Virus record (IMG/VR): IMGVR_UViG_2541047944_000005
Span: 1-39,595 of that record
Reading direction: 5' to 3' (one strand)
DNA: 39,595 nt
DNA from: a virus
Taxonomy: Duplodnaviria; Heunggongvirae; Uroviricota; Caudoviricetes
Of the stretch, positions 1 through 6,719 are shown in pieces. The first letter of the stretch is position 1, and every line of letters begins with the position of its first letter. Below the pieces are notes generated by a model. That model did not search any database, was not told the origin of the DNA, and saw nothing but the letters and a program-made list of their open reading frames with translations. The position numbers and the translations under genes are program-made.

Positions 1-993
1 CTAATCGATGGACAGTTTATGGACACTTTCAGCCAGCGGATTAAAGTTGATTGCGTCCTGTAAAAAGTCCGGTGAAAAATGCGCATAAGTCATCGTTTGC
101 TGAATAGTGGCATGTCCCAGAATCCGTTGCAGGGTAACGATGTTTCCCCCGTTCATCATGAAATGCGTGGCGAACGTATGACGCATCACATGAGTAGCCT
201 GTCCTTTTGGCAAATCAGGCTTCACCTCCTGGAGGATCTCGCGAAACCGGAGATAATCGACATCGTACAGCGGCCCGGTTCGGCGGGTTTTAATCAGCGA
301 GAGCACGGCATCAGACACCGGAACCGAACGAGACTTCCCGTTCTTGGTGTTGAAGAACGTCACGCGATTACCGACGATATGCTCCCCGCGTAATTCCGCC
401 GCCTCACCCCACCGAGCTCCCGTAGAAAGACACAGAATGGCGACACGACGCGCATCACCTTCGAGTCGCTCAAGAAGCCGATCAATCTCATCATCAGAAA
501 GAAAGGCCATTTCTGTGTTCTGAACTTTCAGTTTGCGTATACCGCGTACAGGGTTCGCGTTGTGAAAAACCTCCGTCTCAATCAATACTGAGAACATCGT
601 TGACAAAACGCACAAGTCACGATTAATGCTGGACGGCATTAATCCGGCCTGTAATTTCTCTGACCGATATTCAAGCATAAATTTTCGCGTCATCTGGCTG
701 GCGCGTGGATCTCCCATTTCACGTATCACCTTTTCCAGCCTGACCCTGTAGGAATCTCCGTAAGGCTGATTACGTCCGTCAAGCATCCACCAGTCCTCTA
801 TCAGTTCAGATAACCGCCGCTGATCAGCTGGTTTTGCCTGCCACGGCTTGTCATGAAAATTCTGTAAAACATACCTCTCAAACTCCTGGGCCTTCGATTT
901 CAGGGTGAAAGTTTTTCGAATCCGCTTACCCTCAGCACCCTGTGGTCTTACATCAACCTTATAACGTCCGTCTTTGAGTTGCTTAATCGACAT
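1..993 (-). CDS. int: tyrosine integrase, P2 Int family
   Basis: 330 aa from ATG 991-993 with GGAGGGG RBS (track ORF 1-1008 starts 5 codons earlier at TTG). C-terminal HVMRHTFATHFMMNGGNIVTLQRILGH...YAHF tyrosine-recombinase pattern; colinear with P2 Int as recalled. Confidence 0.9.
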   Translation of the reverse strand: MSIKQLKDGRYKVDVRPQGAEGKRIRKTFTLKSKAQEFERYVLQNFHDKPWQAKPADQRRLSELIEDWWMLDGRNQPYGDSYRVRLEKVIREMGDPRASQMTRKFMLEYRSEKLQAGLMPSSINRDLCVLSTMFSVLIETEVFHNANPVRGIRKLKVQNTEMAFLSDDEIDRLLERLEGDARRVAILCLSTGARWGEAAELRGEHIVGNRVTFFNTKNGKSRSVPVSDAVLSLIKTRRTGPLYDVDYLRFREILQEVKPDLPKGQATHVMRHTFATHFMMNGGNIVTLQRILGHATIQQTMTYAHFSPDFLQDAINFNPLAESVHKLSID

Positions 994-1062
994 GATTAGC
1001 CCCTCCAACGGATAAATTAATCAGGCACTCCTTGCGAAATGCAATTCGCTCAATGTGTAGCG

Positions 1063-1404
1063 TCAGCCAGCATTGCGGCCTGATCGGGGTGATTTTTGGA
1101 TAGCGTCGGTTGAAGCCTGATCGCCCTCCGACTGAGAAGAGCCATCAAGAGAGAGAGCCGGGGCTATTTGCCCGGCGGCAGGTAGCGTTTTATCCTTTAA
1201 TAACCACAACATATACTTTTCGAATCGATCTACCTGCAAAACAGTCTCAACGATTTTTGCTCTGGCGCTTTTTTGCCCTGATTCATAGTTCCTTATGGCT
1301 GCTAAAGATAGTCCTGTGATATCAGCAAACTGCTTTTGTGTTAGCCCCTCTGCCTTACGTATTTGACGCAACTTTTCCGCATAGTCTATTGACAAGATAA
1401 CCAT
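1063..1404 (-). CDS. immunity repressor, P2 C-like (XRE-type HTH)
   Basis: 113 aa from ATG 1402-1404 with AGAGG RBS; HTH LTQKQFADITGLSLAAIRNYESGQ; sits between int and the divergent early operon as in P2. Upstream 38 codons of track ORF judged non-coding. Confidence 0.75.
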   Translation of the reverse strand: MVILSIDYAEKLRQIRKAEGLTQKQFADITGLSLAAIRNYESGQKSARAKIVETVLQVDRFEKYMLWLLKDKTLPAAGQIAPALSLDGSSQSEGDQASTDAIQKSPRSGRNAG

Positions 1405-1450
1405 TTGAGTATTAACCTCTCGCACAAAGATAACCGTACGATTATCTTTA

Positions 1451-1477
1451 CAAACCAAAACAAACCAAAACAAACCA
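1451..1477. repeat. tandem 10-bp direct repeats CAAACCAAAA (2.7 copies), candidate operator in the immunity switch
   Basis: caaaccaaaa caaaccaaaa caaacca read at 1451-1477 between repressor start and first early gene; TTGACA at 1389-1394 with TATTAA-like hexamer about 16 bp downstream could be the rightward early promoter. Confidence 0.45.
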
Positions 1478-1518
1478 TCACAAAGCGCAACAAGCGCACC
1501 AACGCAAGAGGATAACAA

Positions 1519-2040
1519 ATGCGGGACTTCATTGCCGATAAAGAGTTATCTGACCACCAACCACTTCAGGAAAGTGACACACTCAGCGGATCCATTGATG
1601 CCGCCAACGACGACGAACACGAAGAAAACAAGAAAAAGCGTTCCTACAAAAAAGGAGCGACTTTACGGCTGGATGGTCCGATCGCCGGGCTTTGCTCTCT
1701 GGAAAAAGGCGCGGCATATATTGGGCTAACAAAATCTGCACTGCGCGTAGCCATTCATCGCGGTCAAATGCCGGGACACAAGACGCGCACAAACCCGGAA
1801 GATGAAAACTCAGACGGAGTATGGTGGTTTAACGCCAAAGAGTGGGACAAGTTGGCTGATGAGCTACCAGAGCACGAGCCCCCAGAATGGCACAACTGGA
1901 AAAGTTACTGGACGTATGACCGCCAGAAAAGGAAGTTCTCTCCAGCTAATAAAGAAGACTGCCAGACCATTAACGGTAAGCGAGTTTATACAGGCAGAAG
2001 CTCAAAACTGAACCAACTCAGAAACAACAGAGGCAACTAA
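1519..2040 (+). CDS. early-operon HTH protein at the cox/apl position (putative excisionase/regulator)
   Basis: 173 aa, ATG 1519 after AGAGGA RBS; first gene divergent from repressor; possible HTH LEKGAAYIGLTKSALRVAIHRGQMP. Longer than P2 Cox, so function is inferred from position only. Confidence 0.5.
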   Translation: MRDFIADKELSDHQPLQESDTLSGSIDAANDDEHEENKKKRSYKKGATLRLDGPIAGLCSLEKGAAYIGLTKSALRVAIHRGQMPGHKTRTNPEDENSDGVWWFNAKEWDKLADELPEHEPPEWHNWKSYWTYDRQKRKFSPANKEDCQTINGKRVYTGRSSKLNQLRNNRGN

Positions 2041-2044
2041 TCGT

Positions 2045-2467
2045 ATGAAAACAAACACGTCAGATTTCACAATAACTATTTCAAAAAATGACCAAGCATT
2101 AATTGATAACCTGAAATACCTTGCGGAAAAACATAATAACGGACGAATTGCAATTAATTTACGACACATCACAGGAGTAACAATTGTAACCAGTTACTGG
2201 CATCTATATCTAATCGCTAAATCAGTACTGGAAAACAAAGATTCTGTTGTCAATGGAAGAGATATAGATACTCTTCCTGCACAAATCAAACCGATAGCCT
2301 ATCAATTGCGTAATCGTTTTAAAAATGAAGGTGGGATTATATTTGACTTTCCCGCAGCTGTAGCCGTGAGCTTCTCTCGGGAGGATATACTTCACTCATT
2401 TCGTTTTGCTCTATCAGGTGACGAGACATTATGGCAGCTAGAAGATGCCGGGAGCAGCCCGGCATAA
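2045..2467 (+). CDS. hypothetical protein (AT-rich moron)
   Basis: 140-aa ORF with GAGG upstream; markedly AT-rich versus flanking phage genes; no recognisable motif. Confidence 0.45.
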   Translation: MKTNTSDFTITISKNDQALIDNLKYLAEKHNNGRIAINLRHITGVTIVTSYWHLYLIAKSVLENKDSVVNGRDIDTLPAQIKPIAYQLRNRFKNEGGIIFDFPAAVAVSFSREDILHSFRFALSGDETLWQLEDAGSSPA

Positions 2468-2473
2468 ATCAAA

Positions 2474-2665
2474 TTAAAAATCAACCAGTTGCGTGACAGG
2501 TGGGTATTTACGCTGAATTTTGTCAGTTACTAACGCCAGTAATATATGAATCTCTGCGTTTAATGCGTCTTTATCACCCGTCGTTTTTACCCTAGGAGGG
2601 TTAATGTTATCCAGAGCAGCACTAAGGTCACTCAACAAATTAACAACTTTTTTATCTTCTGACAT
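2474..2665 (-). CDS. hypothetical small protein (63 aa), convergent with preceding gene
   Basis: ORF with AGAGG RBS 5 nt before ATG on minus strand; AT-rich; no recognisable motif. Confidence 0.45.
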   Translation of the reverse strand: MSEDKKVVNLLSDLSAALDNINPPRVKTTGDKDALNAEIHILLALVTDKIQRKYPPVTQLVDF

Positions 2666-2800
2666 GAAAACCTCTAAACAATTTAATTAAACATAAGCCA
2701 GGACCTGAACCGGCCAGTCCAAGTCCTAGACACACAAAAAATACCACAAATCAATACAAGGTGACACGAGTACACCTTACCGAAGGTACAGAGTTTTAAT

Positions 2801-3151
2801 ATGAAACTACAGCGCAATTCTTCACAGCCGCGCTTCCGCAACGGTGCGGAACGCCACGCTAACCGTTTCGCTACCAGTGCATCACGTAGCAACTCTCGCT
2901 ACAGCCTGAGCGAAACACACGCAACGCCGGATGGCTACCCAGTAAAACAAATCGGCGAGCATACCTGGCTGATTGAGAAAGCTGGAATTGTGGTCCACAA
3001 ATGCCCACGCAATCCGTTTACCGGAAACCGCATTTTTGCATTGAGCTGTGGCGACAATCAGTTTGGGCAGGATTTCACATTATACGAAGCACTTCGCACG
3101 GTTGATCGTCTGCTTCGCGGGCAAAGTTTTATTAAACAGGCTGATTTATAA
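2801..3151 (+). CDS. hypothetical early protein
   Basis: 116-aa ORF starting a new rightward gene string; no motif recognised. Confidence 0.45.
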   Translation: MKLQRNSSQPRFRNGAERHANRFATSASRSNSRYSLSETHATPDGYPVKQIGEHTWLIEKAGIVVHKCPRNPFTGNRIFALSCGDNQFGQDFTLYEALRTVDRLLRGQSFIKQADL

Positions 3152-3161
3152 CGGGTGCTTT

Positions 3162-3449
3162 ATGACCAAAGACCATGCACAAGGTGTATTTATCCGTTTT
3201 ATTGATTTTCGCGATGAACTGTTATTACGTGCATCCGCTATTGACGGAGTGACTCCGGCGGGTAAAAACGGAGCCGACGAAGCCACTTACGTTTATCTGA
3301 ACGGCACGCGACTGCTTGTGGAACTTCCGTACCAGACCGTACGAGAAATCATTAGCGAAGCTGAAAAGGCACGCCAAGTTAATGGCGATGAACCCTATAT
3401 CGAAATTATTTGTATGGATTCAGAAGCTGAAATTAAGAAAGCAGATTAA
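3162..3449 (+). CDS. hypothetical early protein
   Basis: 95 aa from ATG 3162 (MTKDHAQGVF...); track ORF 3048-3449 overlaps the previous gene, so the internal start was chosen. Confidence 0.45.
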   Translation: MTKDHAQGVFIRFIDFRDELLLRASAIDGVTPAGKNGADEATYVYLNGTRLLVELPYQTVREIISEAEKARQVNGDEPYIEIICMDSEAEIKKAD

Positions 3450-3457
3450 AGGGCGTT

Positions 3458-3703
3458 GTGATGGGCAAAGAATATAAAACTCTCATTAACAAAGCACTTG
3501 AGCGTTTTTATTTTCGCTTAAGCGCATCAGGCGCTCATGCTGAACGTGCAGCCCGTGACTCATTGACCAGGGCAATCCGGAGTTTGTATGACGTCGCTTT
3601 TTACGCTGATGATCTGGATGCACTTAACGAACTTTCCGAGCTGATCTGTGCCGCAGAATGCGGGGAACATATTGAACCGTATAAGCTGGGGAATATTGCA
3701 TGA
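3458..3703 (+). CDS. hypothetical early protein (81 aa)
   Basis: ORF tightly packed after the previous gene; stop overlaps next ATG (ATGA). Confidence 0.4.
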   Translation: MMGKEYKTLINKALERFYFRLSASGAHAERAARDSLTRAIRSLYDVAFYADDLDALNELSELICAAECGEHIEPYKLGNIA

Positions 3704-3813
3704 GTATATTTATCTCATGGCTTGTTCTGATTATTTCGGTGGCCTGCGCCATTGGGATTATGCGAATTATTCATTCAGTAAAAAAGATTGAACGCTTTTT
3801 CACTGGCGAATAA
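3700..3813 (+). CDS. possible small hydrophobic membrane peptide (37 aa)
   Basis: Hand-translated MSIFISWLVLIISVACAIGIMRIIHSVKKIERFFTGE; start overlaps previous stop; below the ORF-track size cutoff. Confidence 0.3.
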   Translation: MSIFISWLVLIISVACAIGIMRIIHSVKKIERFFTGE

Positions 3814-3899
3814 CAGAGCAAATAAAACCACAGGTTAGATAAGAAAATGTAAAAACAATCCGCATTCGCGGAGGTATTCGCACACGCCAAGGAGGCGCA

Positions 3900-4103
3900 A
3901 TGGCAATTAAGCGATTTACCGTCGTTCGTTTCACTTCCAGAGGACGTGAATACGAAGTTGACGAACGGCTGATTAAAACGCTCGACCGTCACCGTTCGCA
4001 ACCTGACGCGCATCACATTTATCTCACTGACGACACTTACTTCTGCGCCACCAACGTGGTGCAGGTGAATCTTATCAGACAGGTACAGGAGTCACGCAGA
4101 TGA
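3900..4103 (+). CDS. hypothetical protein (67 aa)
   Basis: Strong RBS AAGGAGG 5 nt upstream of ATG 3900. Confidence 0.5.
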   Translation: MAIKRFTVVRFTSRGREYEVDERLIKTLDRHRSQPDAHHIYLTDDTYFCATNVVQVNLIRQVQESRR

Positions 4104-4345
4104 CCATTCTGGACTACATCGCCGCCAATCCGGGTTGTAGCGGTGGAGAAATCGCCGCAGCACTGAATACCCCAACCACAGCCATTAATGCGGAGTTACG
4201 CCGACTCTGGCGCAGCGGTTCAGTCATAAGAAAAGAGCGCAAAACAGGCGGTCGCTTTTCTTACCAGATAAACCCGATGCCGTTCGGGTGCGGCAATCCA
4301 CTTACCAACACGTTTAACCAGCTACTGAAGGAAGCCAGAGCATGA
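4100..4345 (+). CDS. small DNA-binding protein, probable winged-helix
   Basis: 81 aa; segment GCSGGEIAAALNTPTTAINAELRRLWRSGSVIRKER resembles a winged-HTH recognition region; start overlaps upstream stop. Confidence 0.45.
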   Translation: MTILDYIAANPGCSGGEIAAALNTPTTAINAELRRLWRSGSVIRKERKTGGRFSYQINPMPFGCGNPLTNTFNQLLKEARA

Positions 4346-4641
4346 GCGCCATCAACCACCAGGAATTACGCGAACTGGCGACTGACCTGCAACGAATGGC
4401 AACGCCTCAAAAATTACTGGCGTTTCGCGCAATGCTCTCGCCGTCTGCTGTGCTGGCACTGCTGGATGAGCTGGAGCACGCCAGAACCATGGCTCCAGCC
4501 ATTCGCCTGACGCTCCATCATGAAATCGCTGATTTCTGCGCACCACTGGGTTCGCCTGGTGAACCAGAAACGCCGGAAGCAATACAGCAAGAGCTGCTGC
4601 AACGCATTGACAAGGTTTTCGATTTTTTCCTTAACCAGTAA
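4342..4641 (+). CDS. hypothetical early protein (99 aa)
   Basis: ORF translationally coupled to the preceding gene; no motif recognised. Confidence 0.45.
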   Translation: MSAINHQELRELATDLQRMATPQKLLAFRAMLSPSAVLALLDELEHARTMAPAIRLTLHHEIADFCAPLGSPGEPETPEAIQQELLQRIDKVFDFFLNQ

Positions 4642-4651
4642 GGGCCGCAAC

Positions 4652-4855
4652 ATGAACAACAAGACATGGTTTCGCGCATACATGTGGGCGCTGGTATGCG
4701 TCCTCATTTCTCTCATCCTGTATGCAGGACTACTCCCCCGAATGATTTCATCTGACAGTTCCTTCCTGGTATTGCTGGGCATTTTCATTGCCCTGCTGTA
4801 CCCGGCAGGCGTTGTTCGCTTTTTCAGTAAATACATTGAGGAAATCAAACCATGA
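4652..4855 (+). CDS. small two-helix membrane protein (67 aa), partner of the SPFH gene
   Basis: MNNKTWFRAYMWALVCVLISLILYAGLL...LVLLGIFIALLYPAGVV has two hydrophobic segments; stop overlaps the ATG of the SPFH gene. Confidence 0.5.
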   Translation: MNNKTWFRAYMWALVCVLISLILYAGLLPRMISSDSSFLVLLGIFIALLYPAGVVRFFSKYIEEIKP

Positions 4856-5676
4856 AAAAACTCTTTCCGGTTATCCCGCTTTTTGCCGCCATCTTCCTGG
4901 TTGGTTGCGATCGCGTTGAGCCAGGTAATGTGGGCATCAAAGTCAACAAACTGGGCGACGACAAAGGCGTCGGCGAAGTGGTTGGCGTTGGCCGCTACTG
5001 GACTGGCTGGAATACCGAGGTTTACATCTTCCCGACCTTCAAACAAATGAAGACCTACGATGAGCCGTTCAGCTTCCAGATGAGTGACGGCACAACCATC
5101 GGCTATCACATCGGTGTGGCCTACAAGGTTGATCCATCCAAAGTTACTACAGTGTTTCAGACCTACCGCAAAGGCGTGGATGACATTACCGACACTGACC
5201 TGCGCCAGAAGATCGCCGATGCACTCAACCGACTGGCCAGCAAAATGACCACCGACAAATTTATCGACGGAGGGAAATCTGAACTACTGGATGCAGCTCT
5301 TAAAGACATTCAGGAGGAAATGACACCCATCGGTATTCAGGTAATGAGCCTCTCATATGTGGGTAAGCCGGAGTACCCGTCAACCGTTATCGACAGCATT
5401 AATGCCAAAGTCACGGCAAACCAGAAAACCCTGCAACGCGAACAGGAAGTCAAGCAACGTGAAGCAGAAGCCAACATGTTGCGCGCAGAAGCTGCCGGAC
5501 AGGCTGATGCCATTCGCACAAAAGCCCAGGCTGAAGCCGACGCCATTCGTTTACGCGGTGAAGCTCTGCGCCAGAATCCCGGCGTTATGGAGCTGGAAGC
5601 AATCAACAAATGGAACGGCACGCTGCCGCAATACATGACCAGCAACACCGCTGTTCCGTTTGTTCCGGTGAAGTAA
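4852..5676 (+). CDS. SPFH/band-7 (stomatin-prohibitin-flotillin-HflK/C) family lipoprotein
   Basis: 274 aa; signal peptide with lipobox LVGC near the N-terminus; SPFH-like core followed by Ala/Glu/Arg-rich coiled-coil tail (QREQEVKQREAEANMLRAEAAGQADAIR...). Confidence 0.7.
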   Translation: MKKLFPVIPLFAAIFLVGCDRVEPGNVGIKVNKLGDDKGVGEVVGVGRYWTGWNTEVYIFPTFKQMKTYDEPFSFQMSDGTTIGYHIGVAYKVDPSKVTTVFQTYRKGVDDITDTDLRQKIADALNRLASKMTTDKFIDGGKSELLDAALKDIQEEMTPIGIQVMSLSYVGKPEYPSTVIDSINAKVTANQKTLQREQEVKQREAEANMLRAEAAGQADAIRTKAQAEADAIRLRGEALRQNPGVMELEAINKWNGTLPQYMTSNTAVPFVPVK

Positions 5677-5682
5677 TTAAAC

Positions 5683-5728
5683 CCGGCCAGTGAAAATCGC
5701 TGGCCGGAGCAGTATCAGGATTTTTTTA
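5683..5728 (+). terminator. hairpin plus downstream T-run after the SPFH gene (weak intrinsic terminator)
   Basis: ccggccag...ctggccgg stem 5683-5707; T7 run at 5722-5728 is not immediately adjacent, so the call is weak. Confidence 0.35.
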
Positions 5729-6044
5729 GTATGCCGTTCTCACAAAAAAACCACTTGCCATGCCGCAATCAGTCAGGTTACATTTCCGCTGCACCTCACA
5801 AAACGAGTGCCGGGATTGGAACCCCGCTGACTATGCACGCGCACAACCGCGCCAGCGGTTTTTTTGTGCGTACCGTATCGCCACGTCTTTTTCGCGTCAG
5901 AATTATGGTGGGGCGTATGGGGCCGACTTCGGTCGGGCCGGATTCGTGCGTAGCCGGTAGTTCCAACCCTGTACGTCTCACCACCCCGAGCTTGGAACCT
6001 CTGGATGGTGAGTTTTTAAAACTTACTACGTACGAGGCCACCCC

Positions 6045-6275
6045 ATGGCAAACCGCAAACAGCACCGCGCTATCGCGGAGCGTCGTCACATCCAGACTGA
6101 AATCAACCGCAGACTTTTCCGCGCATTCCGCGTCGCGCATATCATGCACATCAATATGCTGCATGAACGCAGTCACGCACTATCGAACAGCTATTCCGCC
6201 TCTGTTTTCAGCTATCTGGCAGATGATCTGCGCGAGCTTCAAAAGCTCATCCAGCAGCAAAACAAACTCCATTAA
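6045..6275 (+). CDS. possible small basic protein (76 aa)
   Basis: ORF with GAGG 7 nt upstream of ATG; Arg/His-rich N-terminus; may instead be non-coding. Confidence 0.25.
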   Translation: MANRKQHRAIAERRHIQTEINRRLFRAFRVAHIMHINMLHERSHALSNSYSASVFSYLADDLRELQKLIQQQNKLH

Positions 6276-6347
6276 TTCCTGTTCCGGGCCTTTCCTGCAC
6301 CTTGCGGCGGGAGGCCTTCGCACATCTGTAACAAGAGGATTGCCGCA

Positions 6348-6713
6348 ATGATTCTCGCCAACGACTTTCTTGAATATCTGCTCAACACAGAACGTGATCT
6401 TGCCGCTCGCGTGCGTGATCGTTATGACATGTACCTGAAATCCCTGCCTGTACCGCAGCTCGCTGACGGAAAGATTGTTATTGATGGTCGCTACATGATT
6501 GACAGCCACGAGGGAAATTACAGGCTTTACCGCATTGAAGGTGGCACCCCGTCCGTTATTGGCATTTACCAGCGCCCATCCTCTGCAATCGTCGATGTGA
6601 TTGCCGACAGCATCCGCATCACACATCGCCATGCCGACACAGAAGACACCGTGCTGGAAATTCAGCGGCTGGCTGCCGTTTGCCGTGACACCCTCAACGG
6701 CATGACGAAGTAA
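6348..6713 (+). CDS. hypothetical protein immediately upstream of replication gene A
   Basis: 121 aa, AAGAGGA RBS; same position as the small orfs preceding A in P2. Confidence 0.5.
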   Translation: MILANDFLEYLLNTERDLAARVRDRYDMYLKSLPVPQLADGKIVIDGRYMIDSHEGNYRLYRIEGGTPSVIGIYQRPSSAIVDVIADSIRITHRHADTEDTVLEIQRLAAVCRDTLNGMTK

Positions 6714-6719
6714 ATCACT

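Noticed and set aside
1441-1500. Tandem repeats as a possible CRISPR array
   Set aside because: Only about three contiguous 10-bp units with no spacers; the 200-bp tail-fibre repeats are coding. No CRISPR array is present.
3458-3703. FYADDLD motif suggesting a reverse transcriptase or retron
   Set aside because: ORF is only 81 aa, lacks the other RT motifs, and no msr/msd-like repeat structure is adjacent; the YADD match is coincidental.
5731-6351. 206-aa plus-strand ORF
   Set aside because: Spans the structured intergenic region, has no RBS and an Arg/Ser-rich composition; treated as non-coding.
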